From Candidatus Omnitrophota bacterium (GTDB lineage: Bacteria > Omnitrophota > Gorgyraeia > Zapsychrales > JANLHA01), in NCBI GenBank assembly GCA_023247795.1, contig JAHFFT010000001.1, positions 2,868 to 66,867 of the forward strand: a stretch of DNA of 64,000 nucleotides. Direction: 5' to 3'. Below the pieces are notes generated by a model. The model searched no databases. It worked only from the letters and a program-made list of their open reading frames with translations, and was not told the origin of the DNA. The translations under genes and the position numbers were made by a program. Positions 19,001-27,267 of the stretch are shown piece after piece; the first letter of the stretch is position 1; each line of letters starts with the position of its first letter.

Positions 19001-22000
19001 AATTTTTTTGTCCGAAAGCGTAAACGCGCTTTTCCACGCAACACCGATGCCATTTTTCGATTTCAAATCTTGAATCTGAAACCGATACCCTTGCTGTTCA
19101 CTGCCCAAAACTTGAACTGAAAAATTCCTTCCCGAAAGCTTATCGTCATTCGCGAATAATAGCTCTGCCCCAGCACCCCTACCAACGATAAATTCCTTAC
19201 CTACGCTAAATGCCCTCACATCCCCAGCTAGTGCTGTGTCAATTGTTTTATCTGGAAACGCCTGTAGGTAGGCACGATCACCCGCAACCCAAAGCCGATA
19301 CCAACCTGTTCCGGCTTGGATCCAAACATCATCAATCAACTCTTGCATTCCCGTATCCAAGACCTTCTCTTCCCTCGTTTTCATATTTCTATCGTCTAAG
19401 ACTTGATCTTTAGTTTTGACCATCCTTTCCCATTCCACGGTGATGGATCTATCTGTATAAGTCCCTGTCTTAACTCGATAATTCTCTGTCCCTGGAATAG
19501 GGTCTACGACGATATAACAATGTTCCGATTGAAGGTTGGGATCATTCGGGAAATAAAGTTCATCGATCTGCTTATTTTTTCCAAAAGCATGGAGCTCTCC
19601 TAAACTTATTTTGTAAACTTTCGATTCGTTTGAGGGCGGACCATTCTTGATGTCATGCTGCAGGACCCGGACCTGGTTGTTCACAACCCGAATACTGTAC
19701 CAAAATTTTCCACCCTCGGGCTGGATCCACTGGACCCTACCGGGCAACAAAACAAATTCAACCGGTGCCGGAGTTTGCGATTCTCCCCGCCTATTGTTCG
19801 TCGGAGCCAAAACAACCGGCTTGCCCGCTTTTGTTTTCATATACCTTGCTGTTGCTCCTACTTTGGGAGCTGAATTAACCACAGCAGCATTGTCCATCGA
19901 TCTTTGAATGCCAATCAGATTGGATAAATTCTGATAGACACGGTGATAAAATCTTGCGTCTTGAGGAAAAAAGTCGGAGTCATAAATAAGACGGTTTGCC
20001 CACCCCAATGATAACCAATCCTTTTTCCGCAATTCGCTCATGATTTCAGCCTTTTCCACGAGACTTAAAACTTTCTCTTGTTTGAAATAATTTAAGGCTG
20101 CGTCATAATCATTTTTTAAAAGCGCCCCTAACAATTTAAAAGTTGCGTCGTTTTCTTTAGAATCACTTTGCATTTCACGCAAATATTGCACCAAATGATC
20201 CGCAGAAACTTGTTGAGGATATCTCTCTTGTAATTTCGCTTTCACGCGATTTTTAACTCGCAAAAAATTTTCGGTCGCATGTTCACCAAGCAAATAAGAA
20301 CGCTGCAACTCAGGTGTTTTCATGAAATTGAGCATTAAAGCATTGTCCACCGTACCAAAATAAGGATGAGCCTCTAGCGCATCCATATAACTACTCATTT
20401 TAGCAACGACTGCATCAAAGTCGTCGAAATCACCAGCGCTATACCCATCCTTCATGAGTGCCTCGGCAATGCCCTCTATCATTCGATCTTCATCAGGATT
20501 TTGAGATTCCACTGCGGTACCGATGGTGCTGACTTTATCTTGACGACCCGCGTTGGAATCAAGCAGTTGCTCCCGGTCCTGCTCGGTATATGCCCCGGTC
20601 CCCGTTCGTTGATCCGCCGTGACCCATTCTGCCGGTTGTTCCAGCAGTCCTAACTGCTCTCTGGCCCGTTTGATTTTGACCCGCCCATTGATTTCACTCA
20701 GCTCGTGCTGTTCGACCGCCTCGGTCATATCGTCGCTGAAACCGAGGACAATCCACTCTCCCCGGACCTTATCGAAATAGTTGATCGCCTTGATCCCGGC
20801 CTTGGCTCCGGTTTTACTGCTCATATGGTTGATCACCCATTTATCAAAAACTTTTCCTAATTCTGTTTCTTTCGCCCCGCGATCAATGCGGATGACCTTG
20901 ACTTTGTAGTTTAAGTCCTTTTGATTGATAACTTGCTGCCCCTCATAATCCAAGGTCTCGCCTGCTGCCACCTGCTGCTCAATCGACGGAGAAGCTGTTG
21001 GCAAAAACCCATTCTGGTCAAGAAGCCCAACGATATGATTCAAAATCTGGTCTTCACTGGCGTTTTCAGGAAGTTTTTTCCCCTTGGCAACGGTGTTCAA
21101 CAAACGAATCATCCGGTTATAATAGGTTACCGGGGTGACAACCGCGGAGGCATTATAAACTTTTTGGTTTTCTAATTGCGCGGAGGTTAAATTCTGAGCT
21201 TCTGATGAGACATCAATGGTGGTGACACCACTAACCTCTGTTCCTTTAAATCCTCCGGAAAAATATTTCCTCGGGATGGAGGCTTGAAGATACGGATCAT
21301 AATCTTCTTTGATGTAGTTATAAACCCCCTGCTTGAAGGCCGCGATATACTGCTCATAAATCTGCTGTTGACCGTCCTTGTCATCTGAATCAACTCCGAC
21401 GACCTTATTTTTATCCACATAAATGCTGTCGAGAATGCTTTCGCGCAACTTCTTTTTGAACCAGGTCGCGAGGATCATGGCGTTGTAAATCTGGCGCAAT
21501 TGGGCAAAATTCTGACCTTCATTGACTTCTTTTTCGATCGTCGGTAAAACGATTTTCTTGACGATGTCTGAAGAAAAAGTACTGACGCTACCAACATCCG
21601 TGTTAGTCAATGACTCCGTCCCTAAATTTTTATTGCCTCGATTGGAATCCAGAGCGAGATAATCTTCTTCCAACATCACCTGCAAATGACTTTCAATCAC
21701 AAAAGCGGTCGCGCCATTTTCATAGACCCGGGCCTTGTCAGGAACAATCCAGACTTTATTGAAGGTATTGATCGGGACGTTGGTGGTACCATATTCCTGA
21801 TAGGCCTTTTCATAAATTTCCTTCCAAAACTGCGCACCCAGCTCTTTTTCCGGGTAGATCAAAGAGGCAGTGATTTGCTTTAACAGATAGTCCTGGGCCA
21901 AAAGATCGCGCCCCATCTCGGTCTGACCAAACTGTTCGGGAATGATCCGATTTTCTTCATAGGGCGACAAATTGACCCACAAGTCCTTTTCCGGGACCGT

Positions 22001-22300
22001 CAGGGTTGCTAAAAAATATTTGATCATCTTTTGCGATTCTTCCTTCAAGGCTTGATCAGACAGCGTTTGGTCCCCAGGTGTTACGATGAAATCAAACCGA
22101 AAAGGGTTATTAGGGAAAACCTTCACCCCCTTTAACAAGGCCGGCGCAAAGGCCTGGCTTAGCCCGACCATCGAGCCTGCCTGCGGAAGATTGAGCGGTT
22201 GAATTTGCGCGAAACCATTCCCGGGGCTGATCAGATTGAAAAAAAAAGTGAAAATAATCAGCAGATTGATACTTCGATATTTTTTGATTTGCTTTGCCAT
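16019..22300 (-). CDS. Giant secreted protein (2093 aa) with FHA-like segments and a conserved ~55-aa C-terminal module
   Basis: A single uninterrupted 6.3-kb ORF with an N-terminal signal peptide (LLIIFTFFFNLISPGNGFA-QI). Internal FHA-like stretches (FIVGRGAGAELLFANDDKLSGRNFSVQVLGSEQQGYRFQIQDLKSKNGIGV). The C-terminal GGIDLNPENLELMIQNEGPAIKFDFDPEQIKNLQFDGFLPIIMEIKPVTNLPALIGK is homologous to the C-terminus of the 60206-63997 protein. Confidence 0.8.
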   Translation of the reverse strand: MAKQIKKYRSINLLIIFTFFFNLISPGNGFAQIQPLNLPQAGSMVGLSQAFAPALLKGVKVFPNNPFRFDFIVTPGDQTLSDQALKEESQKMIKYFLATLTVPEKDLWVNLSPYEENRIIPEQFGQTEMGRDLLAQDYLLKQITASLIYPEKELGAQFWKEIYEKAYQEYGTTNVPINTFNKVWIVPDKARVYENGATAFVIESHLQVMLEEDYLALDSNRGNKNLGTESLTNTDVGSVSTFSSDIVKKIVLPTIEKEVNEGQNFAQLRQIYNAMILATWFKKKLRESILDSIYVDKNKVVGVDSDDKDGQQQIYEQYIAAFKQGVYNYIKEDYDPYLQASIPRKYFSGGFKGTEVSGVTTIDVSSEAQNLTSAQLENQKVYNASAVVTPVTYYNRMIRLLNTVAKGKKLPENASEDQILNHIVGLLDQNGFLPTASPSIEQQVAAGETLDYEGQQVINQKDLNYKVKVIRIDRGAKETELGKVFDKWVINHMSSKTGAKAGIKAINYFDKVRGEWIVLGFSDDMTEAVEQHELSEINGRVKIKRAREQLGLLEQPAEWVTADQRTGTGAYTEQDREQLLDSNAGRQDKVSTIGTAVESQNPDEDRMIEGIAEALMKDGYSAGDFDDFDAVVAKMSSYMDALEAHPYFGTVDNALMLNFMKTPELQRSYLLGEHATENFLRVKNRVKAKLQERYPQQVSADHLVQYLREMQSDSKENDATFKLLGALLKNDYDAALNYFKQEKVLSLVEKAEIMSELRKKDWLSLGWANRLIYDSDFFPQDARFYHRVYQNLSNLIGIQRSMDNAAVVNSAPKVGATARYMKTKAGKPVVLAPTNNRRGESQTPAPVEFVLLPGRVQWIQPEGGKFWYSIRVVNNQVRVLQHDIKNGPPSNESKVYKISLGELHAFGKNKQIDELYFPNDPNLQSEHCYIVVDPIPGTENYRVKTGTYTDRSITVEWERMVKTKDQVLDDRNMKTREEKVLDTGMQELIDDVWIQAGTGWYRLWVAGDRAYLQAFPDKTIDTALAGDVRAFSVGKEFIVGRGAGAELLFANDDKLSGRNFSVQVLGSEQQGYRFQIQDLKSKNGIGVAWKSAFTLSDKKIQSLAINQRSRFHQSVEKVLITEAMHSEYTPTMLEGRIDDEGKIDFEPTHNDSVGDSYPFKIIATRCGRIFDPDSGNQRYVLQNNKMLKAMPEYLQRAVKFLVADANQDYLDEKKRIKESAQLTDDQKRLILAVILTQQKQLPQAVKILRGKGQQELTASQLITFDMIRRENKFSVNVQKLAAALREGLIAKILGKFEREPEVCTRYFARGMNSVRDQMDDEEAMFAMKKILESSEVVMEYFRQTVASDLERIEATRDDIAELLEAIDLHELDELEPESHVGRIYSRLVLLRESSRFTKLPIKEWSELKPVLAEIGKGFPVRTPKPGVDEDLTDFQQQTIAAIVEGHKESKSDIPLVPVPEAFEDEIEGTAGTEGTMAINEITKADIDRDRIKKTIKKRSPGNVLKIVVQNDEKERNRFKLDVDFPLAKIFQSDPDRYRNILNLIALALDIVLTTNPSDRADFFAQANRLAPVLTANGYHKFTQVPVRSILMTNAERRHELVLLKLQLKENFGQEEILKLERRIERLNTIMAIEVNDEMKKYFLGKDKDGILKLAEYIDQDFIRDVDKELGVKTEGDQADILALITHYLVLVYQFEKAEKVVDLKYVISELIYKYRSYKFSKAVELGRVKRLLIKKNKKAQWRRDEDRVIGEVNSGDYSFKVINAKDAPTKEAFARYVRQNRQNTTEGKPNLFLFHQAFFMHDRIYVLASRDNRMELYYSSDTYSTVTGQYKWKRQEAVMALFDPETGEIQRSWYAKPRSESAHDLSESASAQINQLIESKAFAVTNGESRQTAQEIVNWHLDLGLYFDPTGKVMVRDPETGKPVMAEDNAVQIDFARYPGWAGKAFDFGFGGVWDIAKNQVKKENGDSNDLDLLDQNLVLAPGMKDSFFLGNTNNPQVSAITIAPQNASSEVGGIDLNPENLELMIQNEGPAIKFDFDPEQIKNLQFDGFLPIIMEIKPVTNLPALIGKTVPPNEEQLSYHQETKRVKSLQEF

Positions 22301-22451
22301 GCTTTGTAAATGGTTGAAATTCCGTAATATGTTATACCTTTAAAAGTATAACACCTGATGATAGGAATGAAAGGCGTGGGGGGTTTTGGGAGGAAGCGCT
22401 TTCACGATACTTTAAGGAGGTTAGGGTAGGGACTTCTTTGCAGAGATCAAG

Positions 22452-22497
22452 CTACAAGTCTCAAGTTGCAAGTTGCAAGATACTTGAACTTGAGACT
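22452..22497. repeat. CAAGT/ACTTG long hairpin element upstream of the giant gene
   Basis: agtctcaagtt-gcaagttgcaagatacttg-aacttgagact: a perfect 11-bp stem. Confidence 0.5.
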
Positions 22498-22514
22498 GGA
22501 ACCATCGCTGTCCC

Positions 22515-23105
22515 CTATTTGCCTCTTACGATTTCTTCAAAGGCCTTTTGCGGACATATGTGCTTAAGGATATAATTCAGCAAAACCGACGCCAAGGAAC
22601 GGAGCCTTTTATCAACCTTTGGATCGAGACACTTTCCTTGATCGTCAAAGAGCTGATGAACGCCCGCCACCGATACAACGTCAGGTAAGACCACCGCGCC
22701 AATGTGCGCGCATACACTGCGTAAATGTTCCAAGGCCTTAATCGCCCCAATCTGTCCGGAAGCAACACCCAATAAGACAACCGGCTTTCCCGCCAACACC
22801 GACGGGTAACCTAAATTTTCAATGATCAATTTGATCACACTGCTATAGCTGCCGTGATATTCTGGTGTTGCTAAAATGATCCCGGTCGCCTGAGCAACTT
22901 TCGCCTTGATATCCTTCACCGACCGGCCTTCGCTTTCGCCTGGAAAAGCAAGGGTCAAACAGCCCGGATCAAGGATGTCGACCTCCAATGAATGGCTGTT
23001 CTTAAGCTCCGCAAGGACAATATCAAGCGCCTTGCGAGTAAAACTATCCCGACGGACACTGCCCAAAATAGCCACAATCCTAATCTTTTGTTCTTTTTTC
23101 ATCAT
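22515..23105 (-). CDS. NAD(P)H-dependent FMN reductase family protein
   Basis: IRIVAILGSVRRDSFTRKAL and ATPEYHGSYSSVIKLIIENL match the flavodoxin-like FMN_red family. Confidence 0.75.
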   Translation of the reverse strand: MMKKEQKIRIVAILGSVRRDSFTRKALDIVLAELKNSHSLEVDILDPGCLTLAFPGESEGRSVKDIKAKVAQATGIILATPEYHGSYSSVIKLIIENLGYPSVLAGKPVVLLGVASGQIGAIKALEHLRSVCAHIGAVVLPDVVSVAGVHQLFDDQGKCLDPKVDKRLRSLASVLLNYILKHICPQKAFEEIVRGK

Positions 23106-24775
23106 TGACCCTTTCCTTCCACCCCTCGTTCAAGAAGATAAATCTTCAATTCTTCGGGAATCGGCTGCCCCCACAAAGCCAATTTCTCAACACACTGCTT
23201 GGCTTGGTCCGGCTGCCCATTGCGATGATAAATTGAAGCCAGTTGATAATACGCTTGAAACAAATAGGGATCGATAGCTACCGCCTTCTGCAGCGAAGCA
23301 ATCGCCTGCTCAATCTTATTCTCTCGGAAATATAACAACCCAAGATTGAAATGCGCTGAGGCATATTCTGGGTTCAATTTGATTTCATTTTGATAAGCCT
23401 GTTCAGCCAGTTCAACCTGATTCGCCGCCGCATAAATCAATCCCAGATTATTATAGACCATGGGTTCCTGATCGTTGAGCTGCAGGGCCTTTTGATACTC
23501 ATCAATCGCCGCCGGGTAATCGCTTTTCAAATAATAAACCACACCCAAATTTTTGTGGGCCAACGCGCAATGCGGTGAGTGTTCAACCGCGTCCTTCCAA
23601 AAACTAAAAGGTCCCTGATAATTTTGGCTGTACTGAAAGGTCAGGACCGCCAAACCAACAACACTCACGCTCATCAGCAAATATTTCAAATTTTCAAATT
23701 GCAAAATCTTCTTAACCAAATCCGTTTCGAATAAAAACAGGAGGATCCCGATGATGGGAAGATAAAGACGGTATTCATGATCAACAAAACTAATAAATAA
23801 CGACGGCAATAAAAACAACAAATACCATAACAAACCCAACATCATGACCCGCCGCCGCTTTTGAGGCGAACGTTTCCACAACACGACGAGCACGGTAAAA
23901 GCAGCTAGTCCATACCAAGGATGAAGGTCTTGCAACAACGGAAACGGCGACAAATTGAAAGGGAAAAAAACCTTGCCAAGATACGTTATCAGCGACGGCA
24001 AATTCAGCAGAGATTTTGGCAGCGCCTGCGCTAGCGGCACGCCTAACCCATGACCAAGAACCAAAGACCGGATCACCAGCCAACTGATCAAAAGCACCCC
24101 CCAAGCGCCGAAATAAAAATGGAGTCTTTGCAAAGCAGCTCGCGGAACGGCAACGACCAGAAGTAAAAGAACATAAAATAAAGGAACAACGACCGCGGTC
24201 TCTTTTGTGAAAAGGGCCAAGACAAAAAAAAGATTTTGCAGTAAAAACATTCCCCAACGGTTTGATTGCAAAAAGTCCAGCCAGCACAGCAATGAGAGAA
24301 GAACAAAAATCGCCAACAAGGAATCGGTGCGCCCGGGGATCCAAACCACGGCCTGGGTGAGTGCCGGGTGCGCTAAAAAAATCAGACTCGCCCAAAGGCT
24401 TTGCTCTTTCGTGAAATTAAGTCGCAGAAAAAAAATAAAGAGCAGCCCACTATTCAAGACATGGATCAAAATATTCGTCAGATGATAACCCAACAGATTT
24501 TGTCCGTATAGCTGGGCATCCAGCATAAAGGAAAGACTTAAAACTGGACGATAAAAAACCGCAGAAACCAAATCTGGATTGAGAAAGATATCTTTCATCT
24601 TAGTAAAATCTTTCAAAAGCCAGTGCTTATCAAAAATCCACACTTGATCATCGAGCAGGGTCAAATCAAAAAAAAGGCTTTGCCAAAACAAAAGCACCCC
24701 CAGTAGCAAAAATAAACCTATGAAGGCGAATCGCGCTAATACCGAATGGCTTTTCAAGGAGGAAGGATGCTCCAT
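23102..24775 (-). CDS. GT-C/PMT-like polytopic membrane protein with C-terminal TPR repeats (DUF1736-type)
   Basis: N-terminal multi-TM domain with FYRPVLSLSFMLDAQLYGQNLLGYHLTNILIHVLNSGLLF (equivalent to the FYRPL..LSFALDY.L.G.NP.GYHL.N.LLH family motif). C-terminal 4-5 TPR units (NLGVVYYLKSDYPAAIDEYQKALQLN...). A 4-bp overlap with the FMN reductase gene. Confidence 0.7.
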   Translation of the reverse strand: MEHPSSLKSHSVLARFAFIGLFLLLGVLLFWQSLFFDLTLLDDQVWIFDKHWLLKDFTKMKDIFLNPDLVSAVFYRPVLSLSFMLDAQLYGQNLLGYHLTNILIHVLNSGLLFIFFLRLNFTKEQSLWASLIFLAHPALTQAVVWIPGRTDSLLAIFVLLSLLCWLDFLQSNRWGMFLLQNLFFVLALFTKETAVVVPLFYVLLLLVVAVPRAALQRLHFYFGAWGVLLISWLVIRSLVLGHGLGVPLAQALPKSLLNLPSLITYLGKVFFPFNLSPFPLLQDLHPWYGLAAFTVLVVLWKRSPQKRRRVMMLGLLWYLLFLLPSLFISFVDHEYRLYLPIIGILLFLFETDLVKKILQFENLKYLLMSVSVVGLAVLTFQYSQNYQGPFSFWKDAVEHSPHCALAHKNLGVVYYLKSDYPAAIDEYQKALQLNDQEPMVYNNLGLIYAAANQVELAEQAYQNEIKLNPEYASAHFNLGLLYFRENKIEQAIASLQKAVAIDPYLFQAYYQLASIYHRNGQPDQAKQCVEKLALWGQPIPEELKIYLLERGVEGKGQ

Positions 24776-24849
24776 CAGAATGGAAATACCTTAGAAAATT
24801 GATTGCGGATGACAAAAAAGCTATTTAAAATATAGCGACAGGAGCAAAA

Positions 24850-25194
24850 ATGCCTTACCAGGCTTTCATCAATAAAATCCGGCAGTGGGACAATCAAGCT
24901 TCGAAATGGATCCTCAGACATTTCTATATGATCTTCTTCGAATTTGTTTTGGTTATTATTTTTTTCGTCTTTTTATTCAATACGTTTCACTCGATTGATC
25001 TAGCAAAGACTCCGAATCAAAATTTGACGGAGCAGCTGCTGAGCCAGCAGCTGCTCAACACCTCAATGATCACCCTTTTACTTCTGCTCAATTCTTTTTG
25101 GCTGCTTTATCTGTTCAATGGGATGAACCGCATCCGTCTCTTACTTAAGGACATTGGCTTTCAACTGCTGCGCCGCCGGCACCAAGATGGTTGA
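24850..25194 (+). CDS. Small hypothetical membrane protein (114 aa, 2 TM)
   Basis: AGGAG 7 nt upstream of the ATG. Two hydrophobic helices. It is the only plus-strand gene in a long minus-strand run. Confidence 0.45.
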   Translation: MPYQAFINKIRQWDNQASKWILRHFYMIFFEFVLVIIFFVFLFNTFHSIDLAKTPNQNLTEQLLSQQLLNTSMITLLLLLNSFWLLYLFNGMNRIRLLLKDIGFQLLRRRHQDG

Positions 25195-25202
25195 CGTCCG
25201 CG

Positions 25203-26459
25203 TCAAAAATATTCCTGATAAAGTTCTTTAATCCGGCCCATCAAATCCGTCATCTTATTGGTTGAGCCCAACGTCGAAATCAATCGCGCCGCGTTCTGTT
25301 GAACTCCCATCTGTGCCAGACCAACGACCGAGGCATATTTAGCGGCATGATTCAAACGTTTGACGACGCTAGGGACTTTACCGATTTTGACATTCAAATT
25401 GATGGCCTCTTCCAACCGTTCTGCCAATCCAGGAAGAAGCGCTCCTCCGCCGATCATGATAACGCCGGCATTGATGGGTGGATTGAATTCTAAATGTTTG
25501 ATCAACTCATCAAGGGCCTGGATCCATTTGCCAACAACCGTTTCAATGGCCCGCGCAATCATGGCTTTCTTGATCGGAACGTATCCATCATCTCTTCTGA
25601 TCAAGATCTCTTCGTCCAAATTGCTATCGGAACTAACGGCAAAGGCGTACGATCTTTTCAAATCCTCAGCCAAATCAAAAGACAAATTCAACTCTTTGGC
25701 AATATTCACGGTGACATCTTCCCCACCCAAATTCACTTGATCCATAAAGCGCAATTGTCCCTCTTGAAAAACAAGCACTTCGGTCGTGCGGGTCCCAATA
25801 TCCAAAATGATGCAACCCTGGCGTTTATGGTAATCATCGAGAACGATCTGATTCGAAGCGAGCGGTGAATAATAAAAACGGGTTACATCAAACCCCGCTT
25901 CATTAACCGCGCTATTCAAATTCTTAATCAGTGTTGAGTTGGTCACAATCAGCAAGGAATGAAGTTCGATCTTACGGGCAAATAACCCCCGCGGATTCAA
26001 GGTCCTATTGGCGTCGTCCACCTTATATTGCTGCGGGAAATCATGCAACACGTCTTCATCCATGCCGATCCCTAACAGTCGTGCCTGATGCTGAACATGG
26101 ACGATATCGCGATTCCCGACCATTTTTGTTCCCCGGTCCACCAAAGGCACCACTGCGTTTCCCAGCCGCTTTTGCACCAGTTTTCCGCTGAATCCGACGT
26201 TGAGTTCTTTCAATTTGAGCCCGGTTTTATTCGTCAATCCCGCTATGGTGGCATGGATGCTCTCCGACAATTCACTCAAATCCGTGACCGCGCCGTCCTT
26301 AAACCCCGCGGTCTTTGTTTCATAAACACCGATCAGCACCGGACGAACCGGATCTCCGTTCTGAGCAACTGCCGGCACCCGCAGCAGACTGGCTTTGATC
26401 GTTTGGCCGCCCAAATCCAAACCACAATAAATTTTTTCTCCTATCAAACCTTTAAACAT
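25203..26459 (-). CDS. ftsA: Cell division protein FtsA
   Basis: Actin-fold ATPase: IYCGLDLGGQTIKASLLRV, then DIGTRTTEVLVF and GGGALLPGLAERLEE. It is positioned after ftsQ in the dcw cluster. Confidence 0.9.
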   Translation of the reverse strand: MFKGLIGEKIYCGLDLGGQTIKASLLRVPAVAQNGDPVRPVLIGVYETKTAGFKDGAVTDLSELSESIHATIAGLTNKTGLKLKELNVGFSGKLVQKRLGNAVVPLVDRGTKMVGNRDIVHVQHQARLLGIGMDEDVLHDFPQQYKVDDANRTLNPRGLFARKIELHSLLIVTNSTLIKNLNSAVNEAGFDVTRFYYSPLASNQIVLDDYHKRQGCIILDIGTRTTEVLVFQEGQLRFMDQVNLGGEDVTVNIAKELNLSFDLAEDLKRSYAFAVSSDSNLDEEILIRRDDGYVPIKKAMIARAIETVVGKWIQALDELIKHLEFNPPINAGVIMIGGGALLPGLAERLEEAINLNVKIGKVPSVVKRLNHAAKYASVVGLAQMGVQQNAARLISTLGSTNKMTDLMGRIKELYQEYF

Positions 26460-26505
26460 TTTCTATACCATCCCCGTTAAAATAAGCTTTCCTAAAAATC
26501 CAAAC

Positions 26506-27267
26506 TCAATGCTGGCTTAAGATCGGCTGTTTAAACCGCAGATCGATATAATTGATCTGATTCAAATCAAGGTTGCCCTGACTCAAAACCAAGGCCAGCT
26601 GTTGGAGTTTCGCTTCAACACGATCCCGATCCATAATCACCCTGACTTTATTGTCAAGGATCATCTGGATTTGCGATAAGCTTTCAATCTGAAAAGAAAC
26701 AATCTCAAATTTTTTAAGGTCTTCTTGCTCCCGCATCAACCGCATGATTCGCAAAGCAATTTCGATCTCTTTTGAATTCAGATGCTTACCCAAAACCGGC
26801 TGCTGCTCAAGTTTGACTCCATTGATGGTCGGCAGATCCGGATACCCCTTCGCATCAAAGGCGATCGCGTATCCCTGTTCATCGATCACCATGTCTTTGC
26901 CTCTGCTGGAAAAAACAGCGACCGGATCACGTCTTTTAGCAACGATATAAATTTTATCAGGGAACCGCCGGTAAACCTTAAGATCTTCCACGTTCGGGTA
27001 CTGCGTTTGCAGACGCCGATGGAGCTCCTTAAGATCCACGGAAAAAATATTCTTTCCCTCCAAGTAAGAAATTTGTTTGGGTTCAATGAATTGCAGCGAT
27101 GGCGCCAGCACAACCGCTTTGATTCTAAACATCTTGGCGTCTTTAAACGAGCGGACTGTACTTCGCGTTAGCGCCACGACCAAAAAAGCAAAAACCAAAA
27201 ACAGAATCAAAAACTTTAAAAACTTTGTTCCCAATGGAGCAGGCTTTTTATTTCCGCGTTTCGTCAT
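26506..27267 (-). CDS. ftsQ: Cell division protein FtsQ/DivIB
   Basis: Start set at MTKRGNKK, where ATGA overlaps the murC-ddl stop. It has a single TM (FLKFLILFLVFAFLVVAL) and POTRA-like/FtsQ C-terminal domains. Confidence 0.75.
   Translation of the reverse strand: MTKRGNKKPAPLGTKFLKFLILFLVFAFLVVALTRSTVRSFKDAKMFRIKAVVLAPSLQFIEPKQISYLEGKNIFSVDLKELHRRLQTQYPNVEDLKVYRRFPDKIYIVAKRRDPVAVFSSRGKDMVIDEQGYAIAFDAKGYPDLPTINGVKLEQQPVLGKHLNSKEIEIALRIMRLMREQEDLKKFEIVSFQIESLSQIQMILDNKVRVIMDRDRVEAKLQQLALVLSQGNLDLNQINYIDLRFKQPILSQH

Noticed and set aside
23790-24395. 201-aa minus-strand ORF inside the PMT/TPR gene
   Set aside because: It is an alternative frame of a confidently assigned membrane-protein gene. 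Its Arg/Ser/Cys-rich composition is atypical of a real protein.
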